A DNA stretch of 64,000 nt from Gemmatimonadota bacterium. GTDB lineage: Bacteria; Gemmatimonadota; Gemmatimonadetes; Longimicrobiales; Gaopeijiaceae. A program made the translations under genes and the position numbers. The stretch is from NCBI GenBank assembly GCA_036986155.1, contig BTRA01000002.1, positions 2,119 through 66,118 on the forward strand, written 5' to 3'. Under the pieces are notes generated by a model. That model did no database searches, had not been told where the DNA came from, and saw only the letters and a program-made list of their open reading frames with translations. This document shows positions 28,543 through 38,892 of this stretch, piece by piece (within the stretch, counting starts at the first letter, position 1; every line of letters starts with the position of its first letter).

Positions 28543-30630
28543 TTGACTGAGTCAGAAGAACCGGCGATCGAGCCTGAGGAGACCGAGCCAGGCCGTGAGC
28601 GAGCGGCTCTGTCTCGGGAACTCAGCGAATTCCTGATTGAGTTGTCGATCGGCGTTCATCGCTATGTGATGTACCCCGCTGGGCATCCGTCTCTCGAGTC
28701 CATGGCGGAACGGGTGCTTTCGAGCCTCCAGCCGCTGTTCCAGAACTCGGATAAACTCACCATCGGTGTAGGGCACGAGGAACTCCTCGTGGAGGGAGTC
28801 GCCACCGACTCCAGACACCCGGTGCTGAGTGAGCTGGCGCGACGGCTGCACGGCCATCAGTTCGCGGCAGTGATAATCGAAGCGACGCCGCTCCCCTACG
28901 AGATCGAGGGCCTGCTTGCCACGGTGTCGCAAGAGTCGGAGCGGAGTGGCCGGCATTTGGGTCTGCTCCCGTCGAACGAGATCCCGGACTGGGATCACAT
29001 CCACCTCTTCGGAATCGGCTATGACCGTCTTCGCCTCGATGTCGAGGGAGAGGCCATGGCCACCAGCAGGGCACTGGAGCTGTGGCACGGCCTCGCGACG
29101 GCGGCGCTCTCCGTGGAGGAGGATTTCGATCCGGAGGATGCTCTCGATCCCGGGCGGGTGGCTAGCACGATCCAGCGGCAACAGGATGCATCGTACGACC
29201 AGGTGGTAGTCGAGTACCTCTTGCAGTTGGCATCCGAACTGAAGGAGGACGACGTAGCCGAAAGCGCGGAAGTCCGTCAGCGAATCTCCAGCCTGATCAC
29301 CGAATTGGATGACGACGCGCTGGCTCGACTCGTGAAGATGGGTGGCAACTCGGGCAAGCGTGAGCAGTTCGTGATGGATGCGAGCAAGAGCTTCACCGCG
29401 GATGCGGTGATGAAAGTTCTCTCTGCGGCGGCGTCGGCGTCGGAGCAGACCATTTCGACGTCGCTCACCCGGCTGCTCACGAAGCTCGCGGCGCATGCCG
29501 AATCGGGTGTCGGAACCGTCAGCCACAATGCCGATTCGGCTCTTCGAGACAACGTCGAGGAGTTGATCGAGAACTGGGAACTCGGGGACCCGAACCCCGA
29601 GGGCTACACACTCGTGTTGGACCGGATGTCCGCTGCGGCTCCGGTTTTCATGGCGGAGGAGGTTGCGCAAGAAGAGGACAGCGTGTCCGGCGCGCGCAGG
29701 TTGCTCGAGATGAGTGTGGAGGTCGACACCTACGGACCGTTGGTGGATCGGGCAGTCGCCGAACTCATGTCGAACGGGAAGGTGCGCCACGTACTCGGGA
29801 TGCTCGACGACGCCGTCGAGAATGGCGCGGTCGCGAAGGCCCTTCACGCCCACGTGACCAACCCCAACCAGATTCGCCGGCTCCTGTCTCTCACGGACGT
29901 GGAAACGGACGAACTGCGGGCCCTGACCGCCCGGATCGGCCCAAACGCGATTGAGCCGCTCCTTGAGGTTCTCGCGGAGTCCGATTCACGGCATATCCGG
30001 AGGAAGGTCATCGAGGTGCTGTCGGAATTGGGGCCCGCCGTCGGGCAGCGGGCCATGGGGAGACTCCAAGACAGTCGGTGGTTTGTCATCCGCAACCTTT
30101 TGGTGCTCTTCCGAAAGCTTGAGATCATGCCGGAAGGACTCGACGTCCACGCGCTCGCCAATCACAGCGACCCGCGGGTCCGCCGGGAGGCCTTTCCGAT
30201 CGCGGTGAATCAGCCGGCGCTGCGGGACCGGACGCTCGCCGGCGCGCTTGCCGACGCGGACGAGCGCATCGTCTACCTGGCCCTGCAGCACCTACGAAGC
30301 GGAGTTCCCGAGACGTTGGTCCCCACGATCGTCAAGCGCGTGATCCATGGCGACCGGAGCTCGGAGTTGCGGGCATTGGGTGCTCGCACGCTGGGCCCGT
30401 CCGAGTCTCCGCTGGCGCTCGACGCGCTGATCGAACTGACCACGGATGGAAAGACAATCTTGAGACGCCACCGTATCGCCCAAGGTGACCCCGAGGTGCT
30501 GGCGGCGCTCTCGATGCTGGCCGCCCACTGGCCCGGCGATCCTCGGGCCAAGTCCGTGTTAGCGGAGGCGCGACGCTCGCGGCGCCGTGAGATCCGCACC
30601 GCAGTAGCGGGCGAGGGGGAGAAGTCGTGA
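28543..30630 (+). CDS. HEAT-repeat protein whose N-terminal domain is related to that of the downstream HD-GYP protein
   Basis: TTG start. The C-terminal third has HEAT/PBS-lyase-like repeats (SDSRHIRRKVIEVL, DSRWFVIRNLL, SDPRVRREA). The N-terminus carries the Y-x-x-GHP motif shared with the next gene. Confidence 0.75.
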   Translation: MTESEEPAIEPEETEPGRERAALSRELSEFLIELSIGVHRYVMYPAGHPSLESMAERVLSSLQPLFQNSDKLTIGVGHEELLVEGVATDSRHPVLSELARRLHGHQFAAVIIEATPLPYEIEGLLATVSQESERSGRHLGLLPSNEIPDWDHIHLFGIGYDRLRLDVEGEAMATSRALELWHGLATAALSVEEDFDPEDALDPGRVASTIQRQQDASYDQVVVEYLLQLASELKEDDVAESAEVRQRISSLITELDDDALARLVKMGGNSGKREQFVMDASKSFTADAVMKVLSAAASASEQTISTSLTRLLTKLAAHAESGVGTVSHNADSALRDNVEELIENWELGDPNPEGYTLVLDRMSAAAPVFMAEEVAQEEDSVSGARRLLEMSVEVDTYGPLVDRAVAELMSNGKVRHVLGMLDDAVENGAVAKALHAHVTNPNQIRRLLSLTDVETDELRALTARIGPNAIEPLLEVLAESDSRHIRRKVIEVLSELGPAVGQRAMGRLQDSRWFVIRNLLVLFRKLEIMPEGLDVHALANHSDPRVRREAFPIAVNQPALRDRTLAGALADADERIVYLALQHLRSGVPETLVPTIVKRVIHGDRSSELRALGARTLGPSESPLALDALIELTTDGKTILRRHRIAQGDPEVLAALSMLAAHWPGDPRAKSVLAEARRSRRREIRTAVAGEGEKS

Positions 30631-31949
30631 AGGGTTCTGCAGCCACTTTTCTGACCGCGCTCGCCCAGGTGATCTCCACTATGGGTTTGTACAAGCCCGG
30701 CCACCCGGCGCGGGAGCGGGCTGTCGATGCCGTACACGACGAGCTGTCGCGTCTCAAAGAAGACCATCCCAACCCTGCCTTCACGTTCCTCGGCAGTGAG
30801 ATCGTCTTCGACAATCGCCCGCTTTCCGAGTTACGACGGTGGGATTGGGGTAGCCGCCTCTCGAACGCTGGAATCCAGCGCCTCGAAATCCCCGGGGCAC
30901 CCGGACGGGACGAGATGGAGCGATTCCTCGAGGAGCTCTACTCCCGCCTGATGGGCGACCCGATCGACACGTCCGAGGCCCGCCAGACCCTGGAGCGGGC
31001 CATCGTCTTTGGCGCCGTGGAGGTGCCGGGTGGGGGACGGGGCCGCCGCGGCAAGGAGATCGTCACTGCGACGATCGACTACACGATGGAAGAAGAGAAG
31101 GCGGGCGTCGATTTTGTCCATGAAGAGCTTAGGGACAACAGCAAGTTACACCTTGTGGAGGCCGAAGCGGTTGTGCGGTCGCTTACGGTCGCGATGCACG
31201 GCGACCAGGCTTTTCTGATTCCCCTACTGCAACTCAAGCAGTTCGACCAATACACGACGACACACGCCCTCAACGTTTCGGTGCTAGCGATGGCGCTCGC
31301 CGAATTCATCGGTCTGGCACCCAATGAGGTTCGCTCCTTCGGTATTTCCGGACTGCTCCACGACCTCGGGAAGATCACGATTCCGGAGGAGATCCTGAAC
31401 AAGCCCGGCAAACTCACCGATGCCGAACGCGAAGTGATGAACAGACACACCATTGAGGGTGCGCGCATCATTCTGGAAAGCGAAGAGAATCTGGACCTGC
31501 CCGCCGTGGTCGCCTACGAGCACCACATCAAGTTGAATGGTGGCGGTTATCCCAAGCTCAGGTATCCCCGCCGGTGTCATCAGGCTTCGGACTTGGTTCA
31601 CCTCTGCGACGTCTACGACGCGTTGCGCACCCACCGTCCCTATCGGAGCGCGTGGGAGCACGAGAGGGTCATCGGTTACATCGACGAGGGATTGGGCGAG
31701 GAATTCGAGCCTGAGTTAGGGCACGCATTCGTCCAGATGATGGTGCAGTGGCATGAGCGGATCGCCGTTCTGGAGTCCGAAAAGGACGTGCTGCCGCTGG
31801 GTGGGACGGGGACCGAAGAGGAGGGGGCGGCGGACGAAGAGGAGGGGGAGGATCCGGCCGCAGGACCCGAGGACGCGGGGTCGAGTGAGGCGCTTCAGGA
31901 CTCCACGCCCGAAGCCTCTGATGAAGATCGGACCGAAGAGTCGACTTGA
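30627..31949 (+). CDS. HD-GYP domain c-di-GMP phosphodiesterase-type protein with an acidic C-terminal tail
   Basis: Motifs HDLGKITIPEEILNKPGKLT and HHIKLNGGGYP are present. The GTGA overlap with the upstream gene indicates coupling. Confidence 0.9.
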   Translation: MKGSAATFLTALAQVISTMGLYKPGHPARERAVDAVHDELSRLKEDHPNPAFTFLGSEIVFDNRPLSELRRWDWGSRLSNAGIQRLEIPGAPGRDEMERFLEELYSRLMGDPIDTSEARQTLERAIVFGAVEVPGGGRGRRGKEIVTATIDYTMEEEKAGVDFVHEELRDNSKLHLVEAEAVVRSLTVAMHGDQAFLIPLLQLKQFDQYTTTHALNVSVLAMALAEFIGLAPNEVRSFGISGLLHDLGKITIPEEILNKPGKLTDAEREVMNRHTIEGARIILESEENLDLPAVVAYEHHIKLNGGGYPKLRYPRRCHQASDLVHLCDVYDALRTHRPYRSAWEHERVIGYIDEGLGEEFEPELGHAFVQMMVQWHERIAVLESEKDVLPLGGTGTEEEGAADEEEGEDPAAGPEDAGSSEALQDSTPEASDEDRTEEST

Positions 31950-31970
31950 GGTGTCAAGTCGGCCCTGAGC

Positions 31971-33152
31971 CTAACCCGCCTCCACTCCGAATGCCTCCAG
32001 TCGCTGGCCGGCGTCGATCAACGTCTCCAGGCGCTTGCAGAACGCGAAGCGTACCAGGCGAGCGCCCCTCGATGGCTCACTGAAGAAGCTCGATCCCGGA
32101 ACCGAAGCTACCCGTGCTTCCCTTGCCAATCGATGGGCGAACGTGACGTCGTCCTCCGTGCTCAACGCTGAGAAATCTGCGAGAACATAGTAGGCCCCCT
32201 GGGGCTTGCTACACTGAAAGCCTGCTGCCTCCAGTCCGGAGTACAGTGCTTCACGCCGCTCCCGATAGGCTTCGATTCCCGCCTCATAGAAATCTCGGCC
32301 GAGGTCTCTCATTGCGGTTGCGCATGCTTCCTGAAGCGGCGCGGGCGCGCCCACGGTCAGGAAGTCGTGCACCTTTCGGATGGCGTCCGAAATGTCCGGG
32401 GGAGCGATGATCGTACCGACCCTCCACCCCGTAATGCTGAAGGTCTTCGAAAGGCCGCTCACGGTAATGGTGCGCTCACGCATGCCATCCAGCGTAGCGA
32501 GCGGGATGTGCTCACCTTCGTAGAAGATGTGCTCGTAGATCTCATCGGTGATCGCTAGCAAATCGTGCTTGCGGCAAACGCGGGCGATTCCCTCCAACTC
32601 GGCTTTCGTGAAAACCCGTCCCGTCGGGTTGTTGGGCGAATTGATGACGATCGCCTTGGTTCGCGAGCTTACCAGGGAGGAGAGGCGATCGGTATCGAGG
32701 CGGTAGTCGGGTGGCTCGAGCGGAAGGAATATGGGGACGGCTTGCGACAGGATCGCATCGGGACCGTAGTTCTCATAGAACGGCTCCAGGATGATCACCT
32801 CATCGCCGGGGTCGATGATGGCCAGCATGGTCGCAGCCATGGCCTCCGTCGCTCCGCAGGTAACGGTAACCTCCCGGTCGCCATCGACGGGCATGCCGTA
32901 CCAAGACTCGTATTTGCTCACGAGGGCTTCGCGGAGGCTCGGGGAGCCCCAGGTGATAGCGTACTGGTTGACGTCAGCCATGATCGCTTCACAGGCCGCC
33001 TCCTTGATGAGCAAAGGAGCTTCGAAGTCGGGGAACCCCTGGGCGAGATTGATCGCGTCGTACCGGCGCGCCACACGGGTCATGTCGCGAATGACGGACT
33101 CTGTGAAGGAATGCGTCCGGTGAGCCGTGCGGGTGGCTGCTCCCTCTGCCAT
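31971..33152 (-). CDS. Class I/II aminotransferase (YbdL / kynurenine-aminotransferase-like)
   Basis: ATG 33152 has GAGGAA upstream. Blocks NLAQGFPDF, NSPNNPTG and SGLSKTFSITGWRVG (PLP lysine) are present. Confidence 0.9.
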   Translation of the reverse strand: MAEGAATRTAHRTHSFTESVIRDMTRVARRYDAINLAQGFPDFEAPLLIKEAACEAIMADVNQYAITWGSPSLREALVSKYESWYGMPVDGDREVTVTCGATEAMAATMLAIIDPGDEVIILEPFYENYGPDAILSQAVPIFLPLEPPDYRLDTDRLSSLVSSRTKAIVINSPNNPTGRVFTKAELEGIARVCRKHDLLAITDEIYEHIFYEGEHIPLATLDGMRERTITVSGLSKTFSITGWRVGTIIAPPDISDAIRKVHDFLTVGAPAPLQEACATAMRDLGRDFYEAGIEAYRERREALYSGLEAAGFQCSKPQGAYYVLADFSALSTEDDVTFAHRLAREARVASVPGSSFFSEPSRGARLVRFAFCKRLETLIDAGQRLEAFGVEAG

Positions 33153-33329
33153 GGGCGATCGTTCCTCTGTCTGGGTTGTTCGAGGAGGCCAAGGGTAGGG
33201 CGGGAGCGCCCGACCTGCAATGCGTCGATCCGGGCTCAAGTGTATGTGCGAACGGGCATTGGCATGGAACCCTACGGCCCATTAGGATAGGAAACTTCTT
33301 GCACGCTCACTCTGGCCGCTCGAGTCGCT

Positions 33330-33941
33330 TTGCGCCTTTCACGTCTTTCAATGGCCATCGTTGGGCTGGGGCTGGTAGTTCCATACGCCGTCTCAGCGCA
33401 AGTGTCGCCCTTGCAGGTCGAAGTAAACGTGGGGACCGGCGTCTCGGTGCAGGAGTTCGCGGGGCGCGAGGGATTCGAGGGAAAGGCCGGAGACGGAGCG
33501 ACCTTCGGTGTGCACTTCGCTCTGACCACGCGCAGTTACCTGACCTGGTACGTCGGGTTCAGCCAGCACCGCTTCGGGTGTGAAGGAGCGACTTGTGGCG
33601 CGGTGGACGATATCGTCACCACGAGTTGGGATATCGGGGCCCGCGTCAACCTGCTGGCAGGGCCCGTCATCCCGTGGATCCGGGCCGGGGTGGTGTCGCA
33701 TGTGGCCGAACTCGATTCAACCGGCATACCGTTAGGGACCTCGATTCCTGTGACCGTTCGTTTGGAAAGCGACCGGGGCTGGGGATTCGAGGGCGGAGCG
33801 GGCTTGATGATCACGGTTGCCCCAAGGCTCGCGATCAACCCGGGAGTGAGATATTCGAGGGTCACGACCGGGTTCGACGGGGTGGGCGACCTCGCAATGA
33901 GGTTTCTCTCAGTCGACGTGGGGTTCGTGCTGGGATTCTGA
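33330..33941 (+). CDS. Outer-membrane beta-barrel protein (OmpW/porin-family-like)
   Basis: Signal peptide ends ...VPYAVSAQ. The sequence shows alternating hydrophobic beta-strand periodicity and ends in a C-terminal aromatic residue (..VLGF). Confidence 0.7.
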   Translation: MRLSRLSMAIVGLGLVVPYAVSAQVSPLQVEVNVGTGVSVQEFAGREGFEGKAGDGATFGVHFALTTRSYLTWYVGFSQHRFGCEGATCGAVDDIVTTSWDIGARVNLLAGPVIPWIRAGVVSHVAELDSTGIPLGTSIPVTVRLESDRGWGFEGGAGLMITVAPRLAINPGVRYSRVTTGFDGVGDLAMRFLSVDVGFVLGF

Positions 33942-33990
33942 GGTCGGCCGGGGTCTGGACCCGACGGGGTTGCTCACCTCACGCGAACCG

Positions 33991-36312
33991 TCAGACGGAA
34001 CCGGACCGGGTCTCGCCCCCAATGGTCTTTAGAGACGGCACAACCTCCTCGAAGGCCTGGAGAATGTCAGGGTCGAATCGCGAACCCATGCCGTTCAGGA
34101 TCTCCTCTACCGCCGCAGGCCAATCCCAGGCCTCTCTGAAAGCTCGCTTGCTCGTGAGCGCTTCCAGCGCGTCCGCCACAGCGACGATCCGAGCACCCAA
34201 CGGGATGGCCGTTCCGGCGAGCCCGTCCGGATATCCGCTGCCGTCCCAGCGTTCGTGATGGCATTTCACGATGGCTAAGGCGGCCGGGTCGCTCAGGACC
34301 GGAGCCAGAAGGTCGTGCCCGGTCTTCGGATGCTCCCTGATCTCTTCCCATTCCGACTCGGTCAAGGTGCCCGGCTTGTTCAAGACGTCCCACGGTACCG
34401 CGATCATGCCGACGTCGTGTACCTCGGAGCCGAGGTGGAGGCTGTCGTGGTCGAGAAGCTCTCCAGCTGGATCGAGAACCCGAGCCAACTCCACCGCATA
34501 CGCCGCGACGTACGTGGATCGGCCGATCTTGAACGAGTCCCTGGCCTCGGCACCCTCCACGAGGTAGCGCACGCCCTGGATTACCTTGTCCCGTCCGAGG
34601 TCGGCCGGCCCTTTCTCGGTGGCTGAGATGTCCGGACTGCCTTCTGCCGCTGTCGAAAGGCGGTCACGGCGGGCTAGCGCGTCCACGAGATGGGCTCGCA
34701 GCTCAGGCATCGTAAACGGCTGGAAGAGATGCCGGTCCGCACCGGCCGCCTGTGCCTGAGCCCCGACCCGCGCGTCGCTCGTGCCCGTGAGGGCTAGAAC
34801 CTGTGTGATCGGCCAACGTGACTTCATAGAGCGGATCAAGTCCGGGGCTGGACCGGTGGATGCGTGAAAGTCCACCACCGCGACATCGTACTCTTGCTCG
34901 AGCTGATGCGATGCATCCTCGATGTCGGCCACCTCGGTCACCTCGAAGCCCTCACGGTTGAGGTAGGTCGCCACGAGTGCTCGCAGACGGGCGTCGTCGC
35001 CCACGAGGAGCAGACGACGACCGCCGCCGAACTGGGTGATGTGGTGTGGCAGGAGCGTGATAGGCGGTCGACCCTTGCCCAGGTCTGCCGCGCGGCGGGC
35101 AAATCCTGCGCTTCCCGGGGGAGCCGGGTGCCTCACGGTAGCGCCTTCCTGCTCGGTCCCCGTGGAGGTCTTACCGAACAGGCGGACACAATCGCGGCCC
35201 TCTCGCTTGGATCTGTAGAGTGCGTGATCCGCACCGGCCAGCAACTCGTCGGGCGTCTTTATCCCAGTATGGTATCCTGCCACGCCGGCGCTCACAGTCA
35301 GCGGGCCCCGGCCCAATCCTGCCGCTCTCAAACTGGCCCGCACACGCTCAGCGAAAACCATCGCTCCGTCGGATGAGGATTCGGCGAGGACCGAGAGGAA
35401 CTCCTCGCCACCGAATCGCCCGGAGATATTCATCTGGCGGGTCGTCTCGAGCAGAACGCCCCCGAAAATCCTCAAGGCTTCATCACCGGCGGCGTGCCCG
35501 TAGTGGTCGTTGTATTCCTTGAAATTGTCGAGATCGAAGAGGACGACGGCGAGCGGACGGCCGCGCATGGCAGCTGCGAATTCATTCTCGAGCACGATTT
35601 GTACGCGCCGCCGATTGGGCAAGTGAGTAAGGTTGTCCGTATAGGCGAGGGCCTGCGCCTCCTGCCTCTGTTGGTGGAGTAGCTCTGCGAGCCACCCGAT
35701 CCCGAGGCAGCCGCCGACAAAGGCGATCACGACTCCGATCAGGGTGTCCGGAATAGAGAGCCGTAGGGCGACGGCCACGACCTGAGTCACCGAGAGGGTT
35801 GCCATCCCGAATGCGAGCGCCGTGGCAGCGCCCCTCCAACCCCGGTAATACGCCAAGAGGAATGCCGGAATCAGCGCCAGGAGCCAAAGCAGGGCGCCGT
35901 ACTCCCCGAGTGTGTCGGGAATGGCCAAGGCCCCGACGACGGGAATGCCCAAGGCGCCCAAGGAGAGGAGCAGGGCGCGGACGGGCACCGGGTCGATCGG
36001 AAGGTCGGTGGGGGCCTTCATCCGTAGAGGGTCATCCTTCGGTTGACGTGGTCGCTCGGGTTCACACCAACCTCTCTCGAACCCCCGGTACTCACCGATC
36101 TCCAATGTGATGGATTCTGGCCGGTTACGCACCTCTTGTGCGAAAGCCGATTCGTCGGTTGCTCGGCGCCCGCTGGCCGTCCATGTTCCGGCGGACTGTA
36201 AGGCAAAGCCCACCAGCTTAGCGAGATCGTAGACATCGAACCCGCGAGGTCCCCGCGAGATGAGCGTGCTGATTGGGAGGTCAGGCCTCCGCTCCACGGC
36301 TTCGCCGGCCAC
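33991..36312 (-). CDS. Membrane-anchored GGDEF - receiver-like - HD-GYP multidomain c-di-GMP protein
   Basis: Contains TM helices, GGDEF with an intact GGEEF motif, a REC-like domain (LLLVGDD...AVVDF...ALTG...FQPF), and HD-GYP (HDVGMI, HHERWDGSGYP). The start is uncertain; an internal candidate is MKAPTD. Confidence 0.9.
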   Translation of the reverse strand: MAGEAVERRPDLPISTLISRGPRGFDVYDLAKLVGFALQSAGTWTASGRRATDESAFAQEVRNRPESITLEIGEYRGFERGWCEPERPRQPKDDPLRMKAPTDLPIDPVPVRALLLSLGALGIPVVGALAIPDTLGEYGALLWLLALIPAFLLAYYRGWRGAATALAFGMATLSVTQVVAVALRLSIPDTLIGVVIAFVGGCLGIGWLAELLHQQRQEAQALAYTDNLTHLPNRRRVQIVLENEFAAAMRGRPLAVVLFDLDNFKEYNDHYGHAAGDEALRIFGGVLLETTRQMNISGRFGGEEFLSVLAESSSDGAMVFAERVRASLRAAGLGRGPLTVSAGVAGYHTGIKTPDELLAGADHALYRSKREGRDCVRLFGKTSTGTEQEGATVRHPAPPGSAGFARRAADLGKGRPPITLLPHHITQFGGGRRLLLVGDDARLRALVATYLNREGFEVTEVADIEDASHQLEQEYDVAVVDFHASTGPAPDLIRSMKSRWPITQVLALTGTSDARVGAQAQAAGADRHLFQPFTMPELRAHLVDALARRDRLSTAAEGSPDISATEKGPADLGRDKVIQGVRYLVEGAEARDSFKIGRSTYVAAYAVELARVLDPAGELLDHDSLHLGSEVHDVGMIAVPWDVLNKPGTLTESEWEEIREHPKTGHDLLAPVLSDPAALAIVKCHHERWDGSGYPDGLAGTAIPLGARIVAVADALEALTSKRAFREAWDWPAAVEEILNGMGSRFDPDILQAFEEVVPSLKTIGGETRSGSV

Positions 36313-36408
36313 GGTGCCGATTTCAGCCCAAAGCTATCGGCCGGATACTTTCGGGCCCCGGTGCTGGCCCCATTGAGCGTCGACCGACGCACAGGGGGGA
36401 GCTGACAC

Positions 36409-37326
36409 GTGCTTCGACGTGTATTGCTTTGGGGATCCGAGAACGAATTCCTCGCTAAGCGGCTTCCGCGATTCCGGTTCGTCAAGAGGGCTGTACAACG
36501 CTTCATGCCGGGCGAGGAGCTCGCCGATGCCTTGAGGGAGTCGTCGGCCTTGGCTGAGGCCAACAAGGGGACGCTGCTCACTCTTCTGGGCGAAAACGTC
36601 AACGAGGAGGCGGAATCGACTGAGGTCGTCCGGTCCTATCTCGAGGCGCTCATCGCAGCGGCGGACCGTTCGCTCGACATCGAGATCTCCGTGAAGTTGA
36701 CTCAGTTGGGTCTCGACATCGATGAGAACCTGGCCGAGCGTAACCTGCGGGCGCTCGTCGAGTCGTCGGGGAAGCTGGGCCACATGGTTTGGGTAGACAT
36801 GGAAAGCAGCGCTTACGTCGATCGCACGCTCGACCTCTACCGTACCGTAAGAGCGGATCACGCCAACCTAGGGATTTGTCTCCAGTCGTATCTCCGACGC
36901 ACCCCCGAGGACCTCGAGGAGCTGCTCCGGTTGGGTGCCGCGGTCCGCCTCGTCAAGGGAGCGTACGCGGAACCACCGGACGTCGCGTTTCCCAAGAAGC
37001 ATGACGTGGACGAGGCTTTCTTTGCGTTGGCCTGCAGGCTGATCGACGCCCAGCCTCCCGTACGCGGGGCGTTCGGGACTCACGACGGGGCGTTGGTGCG
37101 GAGAATCCAAGCAGCGGGGGAGGAGCGGGGGGTCGACTGGGGCCGGCTGGAGTTTCAGATGCTATACGGGATCGGCGTCCGCGACCAGGATCGCCTGGCT
37201 GCCGACGGCTACAGGGTTCGCGTACTCATCAGCTATGGGTCGGCCTGGTTTCCGTGGTATATGCGGCGTCTGGCTGAGCGACCGGCCAACCTCGCGTTCG
37301 TGCTGCGCAAGATGTTCTCGGCTTGA
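36409..37326 (+). CDS. Proline dehydrogenase (monofunctional PutA-type PRODH)
   Basis: GTG start is preceded by GGGGGGAG. PRODH TIM-barrel blocks are present (VRLVKGAY, FGTHD, FQMLYG). Confidence 0.85.
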   Translation: MLRRVLLWGSENEFLAKRLPRFRFVKRAVQRFMPGEELADALRESSALAEANKGTLLTLLGENVNEEAESTEVVRSYLEALIAAADRSLDIEISVKLTQLGLDIDENLAERNLRALVESSGKLGHMVWVDMESSAYVDRTLDLYRTVRADHANLGICLQSYLRRTPEDLEELLRLGAAVRLVKGAYAEPPDVAFPKKHDVDEAFFALACRLIDAQPPVRGAFGTHDGALVRRIQAAGEERGVDWGRLEFQMLYGIGVRDQDRLAADGYRVRVLISYGSAWFPWYMRRLAERPANLAFVLRKMFSA

Positions 37327-38525
37327 TGAGGGTCCACCGCCCGGATCAGGACTCGGATCCGGCCCGCTGGAAGGCCCTGGGCGTGCTTTCGGCCGCCGTC
37401 CTCTTCGGCATGTCGATCTGGCTCACGGCGAGCGCGATCGCGCCTGAGCTTCAGCGAACCTGGGGGCTCACCAGCAGTCAGGTGGGTTGGCTCACCACGC
37501 TCGTGCAGTTGGGGTTTGTCTCGGGAACAGCGGTGGCTGCCATCCTCAACCTCGCCGACGTGGTACCGTCTCGCCGGTACTTCGCGGTGTCCGGTGTACT
37601 CGGTGGCCTCGCGAACGCCGCGATACTCATTGCGCCCGGCTACGGATCGGCACTCGTGTTCCGCTTCCTGACCGGATTCTTCCTCGCAGGCGTATATCCG
37701 CCGGCGATGAAAATGATCTCGACGTGGTTTCGCTCTTCGAGAGGTATGGCGATTGGAGCGATCGTGGGGGCACTGACTGTGGGCAAGGCGACCCCTTATC
37801 TGCTCAAGCTCTTCGAAGGATCAGGCCTCGCTCAAGTCATCGTGGGTTCCTCATCCGCCGCGGTCGGGGGGGCTGTGCTGGTCTTGATCGCGTATCGTGA
37901 CGGCCCATACCCATTCCTTCGGCCGGCTTTCTCCTGGGGGCTGGTCATGAGAGTGATCAAGGACCGCCCGACCCGTCTCGCCACCGGCGGATACCTTGGG
38001 CATATGTGGGAGTTGTACGCTGCGTGGAGCACGATCGGACTCTTTTATGTGCAGTACTTCGGGGCTGAGGGGGGGCACTCCCCAGCCGCCGACCTCGCGG
38101 CCTTCGGCATGATCGCGGCGGGTGGATTGGGGGCTGTGATGGCGGGCTCCTGGGCCGATCGATGGGGCCGCGAGCGCACCACGATCTGGATGATGGCGAT
38201 CTCGGGAGCATGTGCTCTGTCGATCGGATGGTTAATGGACGCCAGCCCCTGGATCGTCGTCCCCTTGGCGCTGATCTGGGGCTTCACGATTGTGGCGGAT
38301 TCCGCGCAATTCAGCGCCATCGTGACCGAAGTGGCGCCGGAGGATGCGGTGGGAACGGCGCTAATGTTGCAGACCTCTGTCGGCTTCCTGCTGACAGCTG
38401 TGTCGATCCAGTTGACGGTCTGGCTAGCGGACGTGGCGGGGTGGCAGGTGGCGTACGGAATGCTAGCGATCGGACCGGTCTTCGGTATCGTCTCGATGGT
38501 GCGGCTGAGGCGGGTGCGCGCTTGA
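37326..38525 (+). CDS. MFS transporter
   Basis: 12 predicted TM helices. The ATG overlaps the PRODH stop (TGATG). Confidence 0.85.
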   Translation: MRVHRPDQDSDPARWKALGVLSAAVLFGMSIWLTASAIAPELQRTWGLTSSQVGWLTTLVQLGFVSGTAVAAILNLADVVPSRRYFAVSGVLGGLANAAILIAPGYGSALVFRFLTGFFLAGVYPPAMKMISTWFRSSRGMAIGAIVGALTVGKATPYLLKLFEGSGLAQVIVGSSSAAVGGAVLVLIAYRDGPYPFLRPAFSWGLVMRVIKDRPTRLATGGYLGHMWELYAAWSTIGLFYVQYFGAEGGHSPAADLAAFGMIAAGGLGAVMAGSWADRWGRERTTIWMMAISGACALSIGWLMDASPWIVVPLALIWGFTIVADSAQFSAIVTEVAPEDAVGTALMLQTSVGFLLTAVSIQLTVWLADVAGWQVAYGMLAIGPVFGIVSMVRLRRVRA

Positions 38526-38892
38526 GGCTCATGCCTCTGCGGATCACGAAATCGCCAGGGCCCGGCTCTCGCTCGTGCCTCGCCCTCTAGCCGAGGCATC
38601 TCGGGATTCGTCGAGCCGGGGGGCCTCGGTTCGCTGGACTACGACCGAGCGGACGGCCGTCTTGTTCTTCGTTCTCTGGATGTCGACGGCTCGGCGGTCC
38701 TTCTCGATATGCTGCCAGCGTACCCCTCAGATCCGCGTCGCGAGTCACGTTCTCACGGTGATCCGCGTGCTCGGTCCCCGGAAGGGGCGGCCGCATGTTG
38801 CGATGGCCGGAGAACTGCGCGCGGAAGGGAGATCGCCCGGGCCGCACCCGCGAAGGCTGGTCGGCACCGGCTTGGCTCGGCAAGACCGCAGG

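Noticed and set aside
38526-38892. 367-bp convergent spacer between the MFS gene and the multicopper oxidase; track ORFs 38575..38970 and 38587..38883.
   Set aside because: The ORF products are Arg/Pro-rich with no start signals. Only weak hairpins are present, for example GAGGC-TCAT-GCCTC at 38523-38536. Nothing supports a feature call.
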